Positions 9,014-18,200 of a DNA stretch of 64,000 nt are shown here, one piece after another. The stretch spans positions 4,205 through 68,204 of the forward strand of contig JAZOWX010000033.1 of NCBI GenBank assembly GCA_045659405.1. The letters are read 5' to 3'. The stretch comes from Eubacteriales bacterium (GTDB taxonomy: Bacteria; Bacillota; Clostridia; Oscillospirales; CAG-272). Made by a program: the position numbers and the translations under genes. The notes beneath the pieces were generated by a model. The model was given only the letters and a program-made list of their open reading frames with translations. It was not told where the DNA came from and searched no databases. The first letter of the stretch is position 1, and the number at the start of each line of letters is the position of its first letter.

Positions 9014-12000
9014 TCAGCTGTCGATAGTAGATATTGTGATAGTGATATCCTCAAGCACGTCGAGAAGAACACGTACAGTATCAAGAGAGGTGAACATAGT
9101 CGTTCCTGTTTCAACGGCAAGCTTGCGGATTTCGTATCCGTCCTTCTGCTGTGCCATAGAGCCGACGCTGCTTGTGTTTATAACGTAAGCGATATGTCCT
9201 TGCTTGATAGAGTTCGGTATGTCGTTCTCGTCCTCGCTGAGCTTTTTCTTAACTCTTGTCTTTATGCCGTGCTCCTTGAGGAATTTCGCTGTTCCGCTTG
9301 TTGCTTCAATATTGAAGCCGAGGTTGTAGAAGCGTCTGATAAGAGGAAGCGCCTCTTCCTTGTCCTCGTCTGCGATTGTTACAAGCACTGTGCCGTAATT
9401 CTGCACGTTTGTGCCTGCTGCCTGCAGCGCCTTGTAGAATGCACGGTTGAGGTCATCGTCATATCCGATAGCCTCACCTGTGGATTTCATTTCGGGTGAG
9501 AGATATGCATCAATTCCGTTTATCTTCTTGAATGAGAATACGGGCGCTTTGCAGTACCATCTCTTTTTCTCCTCGGGATAGAGCGAGAATATTCCAAGCT
9601 CCTTGAGCGATTTTCCGAGAATTACCTCGGTAGCTATATCCGCAAGTGAGAAGCCTGTGGATTTTGAAAGGAAGGGAACCGTTCTTGAGGAGCGGGGGTT
9701 AACCTCAATAATATAAACGTCATCCTTTTCGTCAACGATAAACTGAATGTTAAACAGACCCACGATTCCAAGACCGATACCGAGCTTTTTCGAGTAGGTA
9801 AGAATCTTGCCCTTTACCGCATCCGAAACCGAGTAGGTGGGATAAACGCTGATACTGTCGCCCGAGTGAACACCTGTGCGCTCAACAAGCTCCATAATAC
9901 CTGCAACGAATACGTCCTGTCCGTCACAGATGGCATCAACCTCAACCTCTTTACCCTGGATATAGTGGTCAACAAGAACAGGCTTGTCCTCGTCAATTTC
10001 AACCGCTGTTTTGAGGTAGTGGCGAAGCTGCTGCTCGTTTCCTACAAGCTGCATTGCACGTCCGCCGAGAACGAATGAGGGACGGACAAGCACGGGATAG
10101 CCTATTTCCTTTGCTACCTTAACGCCGTCCTCAATTTTTGTAACCGCTCTGCCCTGGGGCTGGGGAATTGAAAGCTCTGCGAGTATCTTTTCAAAAGCGT
10201 CACGGTTTTCCGCACGCTCGATAGCGTCACAGTCTGTTCCGATTATCTTAACGCCTCTTTTTGCAAGCGGCTCTGCAAGGTTGATTGCGGTCTGACCGCC
10301 AAGAGATGCGATAACTCCGTCAGGCTTCTCAAAGTCGATAACGCTCATAACGTCCTCAACCGTAAGCGGCTCGAAGTAAAGCTTGTCCGAGGTGGTGTAG
10401 TCGGTAGAAACCGTTTCGGGGTTGTTATTTATAATGATAGCCTCGTAGCCGCTGTTGCGGATTGTATTAACTGCGTGTACAGTCGAATAGTCGAACTCAA
10501 CGCCCTGTCCGATTCTGATAGGTCCTGCACCGAGAACGATTACCTTTTTGCGGTTTGTCAGGCGGGACTCGCACTCACCTGTGTAGGAGGAGTAGAAGTA
10601 AGGAGTATATGCGCCAACGTGTGCCGTATCAACCATTCTGAATGCCGGCGTTATACCCTCATTCTTTCTTGTTTGGTATACCTCAAGCTCGGATACACCC
10701 CAAAGTCTTGCAATATACTTATCCGAGAAGCCCATAAGCTTTGCCGCCTTGAGAATCTCCATGTTGTTTTTGTTGTCCGAGAGTGTTTTTTCCATATCCA
10801 CTATCTTCTTGAACGAGTCAAGGAAATAGGGTGTAATCATAGTGATTTCTGCAATTTTTTCAACCGATACTCCGCGGCGCATAAGCTCGGTTATTGCAAA
10901 TGCGTTGTCATCGTGGAATTCGTCAATGTATTCAAGTATTTCATCGGTAGTTTTTGCATCAAACTTCGGCATATAGAGGTGGCAAACACCGATTTCAAGC
11001 GAGCGCACGGATTTGAGAATACATTCCTCAAGGTTGGTGCCGATACCCATACATTCACCTGTTGCCTTCATCTGCGTGCCGAGCTTGTTCGGTACGGATG
11101 TGAATTTGTCAAACGGGAATCTCGGGAATTTAGCTACTATATAGTCGAGTCTGGGCTCAAAGGATGCGCGTGTTCCGGCAACCTCGATTTCGTCAAGCGT
11201 CATACCGACGGCTATCTTTGCGGTAACTCTTGCAATGGGGTATCCGCTCGCCTTGGAAGCAAGTGCCGAGCTTCTCGAAACTCTGGGGTTTACCTCGATG
11301 AGGTAGTACTCCGACGAGTTGGGGTTGAGCGCAAACTGAACGTTGCAGCCGCCCTCGATTTTAAGCTCCTTAATAAGCTTGATAGCGCTGTCGTTGAGCA
11401 TTTTGCGGTCGTGGTCGTTGAGCGTCAGAATGGGAGCGACAACCATGGAGTCACCCGTGTGAACGCCAACAGGGTCGATGTTTTCCATTCCGCAGATAGT
11501 GATTGCATTATCAGCGCCGTCACGCATAACCTCGAACTCTATTTCCTTATAGCCGCGAACGCTCTTCTCAACAAGCACCTGGTGAACGGGTGAAGCCGAA
11601 AGCGCACCGACTGCAAGCTCACGAAGCTCCGCCTCGCTGTATGCAAAGCCGCCGCCCGTGCCGCCAAGTGTGAATGCGGGACGCAAAACTACGGGATATC
11701 CTATTTTTTTCGCTGCGTCAACAGCTTCCTCGAGAGTATTTGCAATATCGGAGGGGATTACAGGCTCGCCTATTGATTCGCAAAGCTCCTTGAACAGCTC
11801 TCTGTCCTCGGCGCGCTCAATGCTCTCGCTCGACGTACCGAGAAGCTCAACTCCCGCTTCCTTGAGTATTCCTTTTTTCTCAAGAAGCATAGCCATATTA
11901 AGACCTGTCTGTCCGCCGATACCGGGAACGATTGCGTCAGGACGCTCGTATCTTATTATCTTGGCGATATATTCGAGTGTGAGCGGCTCCATATAAACCT

Positions 12001-12187
12001 TGTCCGCAATGGTTGTATCGGTCATTATTGTCGCAGGGTTGGAGTTTACAAGTATTACCTCGTAGCCCTCCTCCTTAAGCGCAAGGCAGGCCTGTGTGCC
12101 GGCATAGTCGAACTCGGCGGCTTGACCTATTACTATCGGACCTGAACCGATTATCATAACCCTTTTAATGTCTTTTCTCTTTGGCAT
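9014..12187 (-). CDS. carB: carbamoyl-phosphate synthase large subunit
   Basis: 1,057 aa with duplicated ATP-grasp halves (IGQAAEFDYAGTQA / IGQGVEFDYSTVHA) and an MGS-like C-terminus. Confidence 0.95.
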   Translation of the reverse strand: MPKRKDIKRVMIIGSGPIVIGQAAEFDYAGTQACLALKEEGYEVILVNSNPATIMTDTTIADKVYMEPLTLEYIAKIIRYERPDAIVPGIGGQTGLNMAMLLEKKGILKEAGVELLGTSSESIERAEDRELFKELCESIGEPVIPSDIANTLEEAVDAAKKIGYPVVLRPAFTLGGTGGGFAYSEAELRELAVGALSASPVHQVLVEKSVRGYKEIEFEVMRDGADNAITICGMENIDPVGVHTGDSMVVAPILTLNDHDRKMLNDSAIKLIKELKIEGGCNVQFALNPNSSEYYLIEVNPRVSRSSALASKASGYPIARVTAKIAVGMTLDEIEVAGTRASFEPRLDYIVAKFPRFPFDKFTSVPNKLGTQMKATGECMGIGTNLEECILKSVRSLEIGVCHLYMPKFDAKTTDEILEYIDEFHDDNAFAITELMRRGVSVEKIAEITMITPYFLDSFKKIVDMEKTLSDNKNNMEILKAAKLMGFSDKYIARLWGVSELEVYQTRKNEGITPAFRMVDTAHVGAYTPYFYSSYTGECESRLTNRKKVIVLGAGPIRIGQGVEFDYSTVHAVNTIRNSGYEAIIINNNPETVSTDYTTSDKLYFEPLTVEDVMSVIDFEKPDGVIASLGGQTAINLAEPLAKRGVKIIGTDCDAIERAENRDAFEKILAELSIPQPQGRAVTKIEDGVKVAKEIGYPVLVRPSFVLGGRAMQLVGNEQQLRHYLKTAVEIDEDKPVLVDHYIQGKEVEVDAICDGQDVFVAGIMELVERTGVHSGDSISVYPTYSVSDAVKGKILTYSKKLGIGLGIVGLFNIQFIVDEKDDVYIIEVNPRSSRTVPFLSKSTGFSLADIATEVILGKSLKELGIFSLYPEEKKRWYCKAPVFSFKKINGIDAYLSPEMKSTGEAIGYDDDLNRAFYKALQAAGTNVQNYGTVLVTIADEDKEEALPLIRRFYNLGFNIEATSGTAKFLKEHGIKTRVKKKLSEDENDIPNSIKQGHIAYVINTSSVGSMAQQKDGYEIRKLAVETGTTMFTSLDTVRVLLDVLEDITITISTIDS

Positions 12188-12210
12188 AATCTTTCTCCTC
12201 TATCTATCTC

Positions 12211-13461
12211 TTATTTTATTTTTTCATCAACGTAGACGGCATTGCCGTTGTATACGGTAAGCAGACATTTTCCGAAAAGCCGCTCTCCGCTAAAGGGGGT
12301 TGCGTGTCCCATAGAAAGGAATTCTTTGGGATTTACCGTGAATTCTTCATTCGGGTCAAATACCGTGAAGCCTCTGTCGGTATTTATAGAAAATCTTTCT
12401 CTCGGACGCTCGCACATCAGCTCTATAAGCTTTTGTGGTGTGAGTATTCCCGTCCTTACGAATTTTGTATACATAGCCGCAAATGCGGTTTCAAGACCTA
12501 CAACACCCATAGGCGACTTTTCAAGTCCCCTCGACTTTTCCTCGTCCGAGTGCGGTGCGTGGTCGGTTGCTATCATATCAATCGTGCCGTCAAGCACACC
12601 CTCGATAAGCGCTTTTTTGTCCTCACGGGAGCGCAGGGGCGGATTCATCTTGAAGCGTGCGTCCTCTTGTAGGTTGCTGTCATCGTAAATCAGGTAGTGC
12701 GGCCCTGTCTCGCAGGTGATATCCACACCCTCACGCTTTGCTTTTCTGATAAGCTCGACGCTTTCCTTTGTCGAAACGTGGCAGACGTGGTATGAAGCTC
12801 CGCTTTTTTTGAGAAGCTCAATATCCCGTTTAATCGGCCCCCACTCGGATTCCGAGCAGATTCCTCGGTGTCCGTGCGCTCTCGCATACTCACCGTCGTG
12901 AATATAACCGCCGAAAAGCAGAGCGTTGTCCTCGCAGTGCGCCGCTATAATCTTGCCGAGCGACTTTGCCCGCTTCATTGCCTCAAGCATCATATCCTCG
13001 CTTTGCACTCCGCGTCCGTCGTCCGAAAAGCCGACAACACAGTCGCTCATACCCTCAAGGTCGGCAAGCTCCTCTCCAAGCTCTCTTTTTGTAATTGCGC
13101 CAAAGGGGAGCACAGCGATTTTTGCATCTGAATTTATTATATCAAGCTGAAGCTTCAGATTTTCCGGTGAGTCGGGCACGGGATTCAGGTTTGGCATAGT
13201 GCAAACCGCAGTATATCCGCCGTGCGCCGCAGCCATAGAGCCACAGCTTACCGTTTCTTTATAAGAAAAACCCGGCTCTCTGAAATGCACGTGCACATCA
13301 CAGAAACCGGGAAAAATAAATACTCCGTCTATAACGTTATCAAAGGAAGAAATACAAACGTCAGAAGCAACACGGGAAAGAGTAGTGCCGTCAAAGGAAA
13401 AATCAGCTTTTGTAAGCTTGGAATTTTCATATATCGCAGCGTTTGTGAAAAGTGTTTTCAT
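12211..13461 (-). CDS. pyrC: dihydroorotase
   Basis: DVHVHFREPG metal-binding motif, a later ...HVCHVS..., and ATDHAPH. Confidence 0.9.
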   Translation of the reverse strand: MKTLFTNAAIYENSKLTKADFSFDGTTLSRVASDVCISSFDNVIDGVFIFPGFCDVHVHFREPGFSYKETVSCGSMAAAHGGYTAVCTMPNLNPVPDSPENLKLQLDIINSDAKIAVLPFGAITKRELGEELADLEGMSDCVVGFSDDGRGVQSEDMMLEAMKRAKSLGKIIAAHCEDNALLFGGYIHDGEYARAHGHRGICSESEWGPIKRDIELLKKSGASYHVCHVSTKESVELIRKAKREGVDITCETGPHYLIYDDSNLQEDARFKMNPPLRSREDKKALIEGVLDGTIDMIATDHAPHSDEEKSRGLEKSPMGVVGLETAFAAMYTKFVRTGILTPQKLIELMCERPRERFSINTDRGFTVFDPNEEFTVNPKEFLSMGHATPFSGERLFGKCLLTVYNGNAVYVDEKIK

Positions 13462-13532
13462 AAAATCTCCTTCGGTATACTTCGAGCCCCGAGGGGCGTA
13501 TTTTCAAAGTCAACTATAATATTATCTTGAAT

Positions 13533-13561
13533 ATTATAACATACACGCGCCCTCGTGTCAA
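13533..13561 (-). promoter_or_regulatory. near-consensus sigma-A promoter of the pyr operon (TTGACA-17 nt-TATAAT with TGn extension)
   Basis: On the minus strand, TTGACA is at 13561..13556 and TATAAT at 13538..13533 with a 17-nt spacer and TGT immediately upstream of the -10. Confidence 0.6.
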
Positions 13562-13567
13562 GAACTT

Positions 13568-13609
13568 TAAAATAAAAATGGGTGCAAAATTATGTCGATG
13601 TTTGCACCC
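13568..13609 (-). terminator. rho-independent terminator of the 13643..14191 gene
   Basis: GGGTGCAAA (13580-13588) pairs with TTTGCACCC (13601-13609). On the minus strand the stem is followed by ATTTTTATTTT. Confidence 0.6.
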
Positions 13610-13642
13610 GTATTTTTGTAGAATTGTGACAATTCAGGTTGG

Positions 13643-14191
13643 TTAAAGCAGGAAGGAAAGAAAGCCGACAACACCGTATGAGGCAAGCGTCATAATTATG
13701 CCGCAGCCTATAACACCGAGGGTGATTGCCAGAAGCGAGCGCCAGAAGGGGAGCTTGAAAAGTGCGGCTACCAACGCTCCGGTCCACGCACCCGTACCCG
13801 GCAGAGGTATAAGAACAAACATCATAAGACCGATAAATATTCCGATGAAGCTGCTTTTGCTGACGGCGGCAACCTCTTCAGCCCGGACTTCGGAATTCTG
13901 CGCATCCTTTGCATCTGTATCGCCGCTTGTGCCTACAACCTTGCCCGAATGCTTGTTTGCCTTTTTCCACAGCCAGGCGACTATCGGCTGAAACGGCTTG
14001 AAGCGGTTGAGAAATTCAAGTATTTTGGGGATGAAAAGAAGTATAAACGGAACGGGTAAAAGGTTTCCTATAACGGCGGCTGCGTAGTTGTAATAGAATT
14101 CAACTCCGAGCGCCGCTCCAACAGGAACTGCGCCTCGCAATTCTATCAGCGGAAGCATTGAAATCAAGAAAATGTAAATAATGTTTTTCAT
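13643..14191 (-). CDS. small multidrug export-like (COG2426-type) membrane protein
   Basis: The N-terminus MLPLIELRGAVPVGAALG is typical of this family. It has multiple TM helices with a charged central loop. Confidence 0.6.
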   Translation of the reverse strand: MKNIIYIFLISMLPLIELRGAVPVGAALGVEFYYNYAAAVIGNLLPVPFILLFIPKILEFLNRFKPFQPIVAWLWKKANKHSGKVVGTSGDTDAKDAQNSEVRAEEVAAVSKSSFIGIFIGLMMFVLIPLPGTGAWTGALVAALFKLPFWRSLLAITLGVIGCGIIMTLASYGVVGFLSFLL

Positions 14192-14281
14192 TTTGCATCA
14201 AATTCCTCTGTTTTTTCTAATCTTAACCGAATTAAATTCCTGAAAATTTATGTTTTGTAAGTGTGAAATGATACTTTTCGA

Positions 14282-15322
14282 TTATTCCTCAACGTATTCG
14301 AATCTTCTCACCATACCGTCGGGGAGTGTAACCATTTGAGACCACATATAAGCGGGGCGCACCCACACACCGCCATCACCGTAAAGCGCACGGTAAACTA
14401 CCATATTTTCAAGGCTCTCCGAATGTCTGCCAACGGCTATAACCTCATAAAGGTTACCCTTGTAGTGGCGGTATTTTCCGAGCGGAATTTTACCGACGCT
14501 CTCATCCTCTTTATATATTCCGAATGCCCCGCCGATAGATTCCCCAAGCAAAAGCTTTGCCTTTACAGCACGTTGCAAGGAGGTTTTTTCTGGGAGCGAG
14601 GACAGGTCGATATCCTTTATACTTTTTCCGATTATACCGAATACCCAACCGATGCAGCTCTCCCCCTCAAGCTCACGCTCGATGTGAAATCTGTCCCCGA
14701 ATTTCAGTATTTTTGAGCCTTCGGGCAGTATTTCTCGAAGCCTCGGTGAAAGCAACCACGTGCCACAGGTTATTCTCGCTTTTCCGTACTTGGGATAATA
14801 TTTTTTGAAAAATTCTCTTGCCGAAGCGAAAGATGCGTCCAGATTTTCGTCTGTTAATACCGCATCCGTGGGGATGTGTACTGCTATCATATCCTCACCG
14901 TATTTGCTGTCGGGTGCGTATTCAAGCTCACCTATTCTGAAAAGCGACAAGGACAGGTGGGGCAAGTCGCATAAGGCTCGGTCAAACACAAAGCCACGCT
15001 CCTCGGTGTAGCTTTCGTAAAGCTGACGTCGAAAGGTGCGCATCGTGTCGAAATAAATACCGTCGCAGATACCAAGTGCCTTGTAAGCGTCGTAAGCTAT
15101 TGCGGCGGCGGTGATTTCAATAGCGAAAATTTTAACTCCGTCACCGTCCCCCGGGAGCTGCTCACAAAGCAGCTTGTACCCGTCAGCGGAGGTGTCGGCT
15201 GAAAGTATGAGCTTTATCGCTTGTTCGTATTCGGTTATATCAATGCTATCAAGAAATGCAAGAACCCTTTGGGAAAACTCTGTGGGTATATCAATTTTCC
15301 TCATCAACTCTTTAGCGTTCAT
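14282..15322 (-). CDS. two-domain hypothetical protein: acyltransferase-like N-terminal part fused to a C-terminal DUF1653-like module
   Basis: The C-terminal GKYRHYKGNLYEVIAVGRHSESLENMVVYRALYG...WVRP matches my memory of DUF1653. The N-terminal ~270 aa resembles GNAT_C/DUF5596-type proteins, a weaker recognition. Confidence 0.45.
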   Translation of the reverse strand: MNAKELMRKIDIPTEFSQRVLAFLDSIDITEYEQAIKLILSADTSADGYKLLCEQLPGDGDGVKIFAIEITAAAIAYDAYKALGICDGIYFDTMRTFRRQLYESYTEERGFVFDRALCDLPHLSLSLFRIGELEYAPDSKYGEDMIAVHIPTDAVLTDENLDASFASAREFFKKYYPKYGKARITCGTWLLSPRLREILPEGSKILKFGDRFHIERELEGESCIGWVFGIIGKSIKDIDLSSLPEKTSLQRAVKAKLLLGESIGGAFGIYKEDESVGKIPLGKYRHYKGNLYEVIAVGRHSESLENMVVYRALYGDGGVWVRPAYMWSQMVTLPDGMVRRFEYVEE

Positions 15323-15572
15323 ATAATGCCTTTCTGTTTGCTTTTTCGAAATTTTATCCGAAGCACTCCGCCACAGCCACCGTCAAAGGAGCGCCTTTAT
15401 CTATAAGCTCACGTCGGAAGAAGCCGAGAAAGAGCTCACAGTGCGTGTCGGCTGTGAGATTAAAATTCGGTGTCCGCACACTTCGAAATCCTATATTTTG
15501 TCAACTTATATTTGCATATTGTCGAATTTTTGAAATACAAATCCGTGGCGCGAGCAGAGCTGTGTGAGCGTT

Positions 15573-16088
15573 TTATTCGAAATAGCTGACGTGCTCCTTG
15601 TCAATTCCGCTGTGGGGCGGAACGCTTTCGTTTGCGTATCCGATTTTTATCATTGAAAAGGGAACTGTATTTTCGGGCAGAGAAAGTATCTCTTTTATGC
15701 TATCCATAAGCGACTTTTGAAGATATACACCGCACCACAGCGAGCCGAGGCCGAGCGAGGTTGCACGTATCAGTATGTTTTCTGTTGCCGCACCCGCATC
15801 GTGAATCCAATAGTCGGAAAAGCTCCTCGGCAGAGTGCGGCTCATATCACCCGCTACGATTATTACAAGCGGAGCTGAAATATCCGTAAATCTGCCCGCC
15901 CCCTGAAGCTTTGCAAGCTTGTCCTCGTTTGTCACAACAAAAAAATCAATAGGACGCTTATTACAGGCGCTGGGCGCTGCAAACCCCGCCTCAAGCAGCT
16001 CGTTTATAAGCTCCTTATCTATCTTGTCGGCTTTGAATTTTCTGATGCTTCGTCTTGCAAGTATAGCTTCCTTTGCGTTCATAACCAT
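15573..16088 (-). CDS. nitroreductase family protein
   Basis: ILARRSIRKFKADKI...APSACNKRP motif; 171 aa. Confidence 0.85.
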   Translation of the reverse strand: MVMNAKEAILARRSIRKFKADKIDKELINELLEAGFAAPSACNKRPIDFFVVTNEDKLAKLQGAGRFTDISAPLVIIVAGDMSRTLPRSFSDYWIHDAGAATENILIRATSLGLGSLWCGVYLQKSLMDSIKEILSLPENTVPFSMIKIGYANESVPPHSGIDKEHVSYFE

Positions 16089-16205
16089 TCCTTTTCTCTT
16101 ACAGTGCGGAAAGCTCCGCAGTTTTTTCTGTTTTCTATTTTATCATATCCGTATAAGTTTTTCAAGAGCCTTGTTTTCAATAAATCGTCAGTAGGCGAAA
16201 CGGCA

Positions 16206-16234
16206 TTGGCAACGGTGGCTTTTTGTGTTACAAT
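16206..16234 (+). promoter_or_regulatory. candidate promoter (TTGGCA-17 nt-TACAAT, TGn extended -10)
   Basis: Hexamers at 16206-16211 and 16229-16234, 32 nt upstream of the 16266 start. Confidence 0.45.
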
Positions 16235-16265
16235 TCACTCGACGGTATGAAAAGGAGAATCTTTT

Positions 16266-17300
16266 ATGTTTGCTGAAAAAATGGATGCCTTTGTCCGCGA
16301 TTACTGCAAGAGTCATAATTTTTCGGGGGCTTTGCGTGTCAGCGTGGGCGGTAAAATTATTTACGAGCGAGGAATCGGGTATGCGGATATCGAAAGGAAG
16401 CTTCCCGTAAGCTCGGATATGCTGTTTTCATTTTATTCTATGACCAAGCCGTTTACGGCAATCGGGATTATGACTTTGGTGGATGCCGGACTTGTATCCC
16501 TTGATGCTCATCCGTCTGTTTACGTTCCCGAGACCTGTGGCTTTGATAAGCGTGTAACCGTAAGACATCTTCTTCAGCACGTGAGCGGTCTTCCGGATTT
16601 TGAGCAAAACAAGGAATTTGCGAAAATGTACGCTCCGGGCACTCCCGAGAAAATTCGTGAGCATATTGTGCTTATATCCGAACAGCCTATGCTTTTCGAG
16701 CCCGGCACGGGTGATTTTTATGCAAACATTAACTATACGATACTTGCTCTTATCATAGAAAACGTATCCGGTATGAAATATGCCGACTTTATGAAAAAGC
16801 GTGTCTTTGAGCCGCTTGGCGCAAAAACCGCATATATTGACAGCTACAGCGAATTTACAGAGGGAGGTGCTGTCGGATACGGGGAGGCTGACGGCAGTCT
16901 TCGCCCGATACACCGAGGCTTGGATTGGATGCTCGGTGCGGGCGATATGGTAGGCACTGTTGACGATGCGTATACGCTTAATCTCGCTGTGAAGAATAGG
17001 CTTCTGCTATCTGATAAGAGCTGGGAGCTGTTGCTTACGCCAACGCCCATAAACGATATGGGATTTGGCTGCCGTGTGACTGTGTGGCACGGAAAAAAGA
17101 GAATTACGCACAACGGCGGACACCTCGGCTTCAGAACTCTGCACGTACATCTGCCTGATGACGATTTTGATATCATACTGCTTTCAAACTGCGGCTTTGG
17201 CGGCGCAAGGACGGATTTTTCGGAGGCGATTTACGATGCTTATTACGGCATATCCGGCGAGGCGGCAGATAATATGAAGATGGATGCGGGTTATATATAA
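16266..17300 (+). CDS. serine hydrolase, beta-lactamase/PBP-like (class C family)
   Basis: SMTK (SxxK) active-site motif near the N-terminus and a typical family length. AAGGAGA RBS upstream. Confidence 0.8.
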   Translation: MFAEKMDAFVRDYCKSHNFSGALRVSVGGKIIYERGIGYADIERKLPVSSDMLFSFYSMTKPFTAIGIMTLVDAGLVSLDAHPSVYVPETCGFDKRVTVRHLLQHVSGLPDFEQNKEFAKMYAPGTPEKIREHIVLISEQPMLFEPGTGDFYANINYTILALIIENVSGMKYADFMKKRVFEPLGAKTAYIDSYSEFTEGGAVGYGEADGSLRPIHRGLDWMLGAGDMVGTVDDAYTLNLAVKNRLLLSDKSWELLLTPTPINDMGFGCRVTVWHGKKRITHNGGHLGFRTLHVHLPDDDFDIILLSNCGFGGARTDFSEAIYDAYYGISGEAADNMKMDAGYI

Positions 17301-17326
17301 TTAATGTAGCCGAAAGCGCTTCGGAA

Positions 17327-17881
17327 TCATTCGAGCATTTCTTTTCCGATAGCGATACACTTTATTAAAAACGACATATTTTTAGCGAGGGTGAGGGCTG
17401 TGTCCTCACCCTCTTTGTCGCCCTTCGTATGCATTAAATTCCAGTAGCTTGACGTGGCTATCGGCATTTCGGATATCGCAAAATATTTGTTAATCACGTC
17501 AAATGAAGCCGTGCATCCGCCGCGCCTTGCGGTTACAAAGGCTGCACCGACCTTCATTCTCTTGTCAAAATTCGAGCTTTGAAAAAGCCTGTCGAGCAGG
17601 GCTATGACAGCACCGTTTGGCGAGCCGTAATATACGGGCGAGGTAACTATAAGTCCGTCTGCTGTGCGGAAGCCCTCGGAAAGTCTTTCAAGGTCGCCAA
17701 GAGTGCATCCGCCGCCGCTTTTACACCCACCGCAGGCAGAGCACCCACCGCCCGAAAAATCACCGACGCTGTAAATTTCCGTGCTTATGCCTTGCCTTTC
17801 AAGTTCGCTTGAAATGATTGATATAACACCTCTGCCGCATCCGTTTTTGTGCGGACTTCCGTTGATAATTAATACCTTCAT
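17327..17881 (-). CDS. iron-sulfur flavoprotein-like NAD(P)H-dependent FMN reductase (flavodoxin fold)
   Basis: MKVLIINGSPHKNG N-terminus and a CSACGGCKSGGGC motif (C-x2-C-x2-C-x5-C, Isf-type). I chose the ATG at 17881 because it has an AAGGAG RBS. The 74-aa upstream extension in the track has no coding character. Confidence 0.75.
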   Translation of the reverse strand: MKVLIINGSPHKNGCGRGVISIISSELERQGISTEIYSVGDFSGGGCSACGGCKSGGGCTLGDLERLSEGFRTADGLIVTSPVYYGSPNGAVIALLDRLFQSSNFDKRMKVGAAFVTARRGGCTASFDVINKYFAISEMPIATSSYWNLMHTKGDKEGEDTALTLAKNMSFLIKCIAIGKEMLE

Positions 17882-17999
17882 ACCGACTAACTCCTTATCT
17901 AAAAGTATACAAATATACAGTTTCGCAAGGAAAAATATTACAAAAAATGGTAAAAACACAAAGAAAAGCTCTGAATTTGGGTGGAAATCCACTTGCGTA

Positions 18000-18047
18000 T
18001 TTGGTAAACAAAAGTTTGCTAAATGTGTTTTGGTAAACAAATGTTTG
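18000..18047. promoter_or_regulatory. two tandem 20-nt direct repeats (TTTGGTAAACAAA[A/T]GTTTGC), candidate operator
   Basis: Copies at 18000-18019 and 18028-18047 differ by 1 mismatch. Each contains the imperfect inverted repeat GTAAAC-N4-GTTTGC. They lie in the divergent intergenic region. Confidence 0.35.
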
Positions 18048-18110
18048 CGTTTTGTTAAAGCTGATTTTGAAAAAAGTTTGTAAATTTCCAGCACTTTTTC
18101 CATATACCCC

Positions 18111-18139
18111 TTGTCAAACCAAAATATATGTGTTATAAT
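18111..18139 (+). promoter_or_regulatory. sigma-A promoter (TTGTCA-17 nt-TATAAT with TGn extension) ahead of the mutS-like/giant-gene cluster
   Basis: Hexamers at 18111-18116 and 18134-18139, with TGT at 18131-18133. Confidence 0.55.
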
Positions 18140-18200
18140 ATTTCTACTAATTTTATTTATTTAGAAAGAGGCGGCAAAACAGCGGCCCCGGAGCTTTGAA

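Noticed and set aside
10475-11593. 372-aa plus-strand ORF inside carB.
   Set aside because: It is antisense to a highly conserved carB coding frame. Its translation has no recognisable motifs and no RBS.
13462-13532. A PyrR-binding attenuator in the pyr leader.
   Set aside because: The leader is short (~65 nt). It lacks the conserved binding-loop sequence and any terminator/antiterminator pair, having only a 4-5-bp GC hairpin.
17882-18103. 74-aa N-terminal extension of the flavoprotein ORF.
   Set aside because: The conserved MKVLIINGSPH start with an AAGGAG RBS is at 17881. The extension covers an AT-rich intergenic region that contains promoter and operator-like elements.
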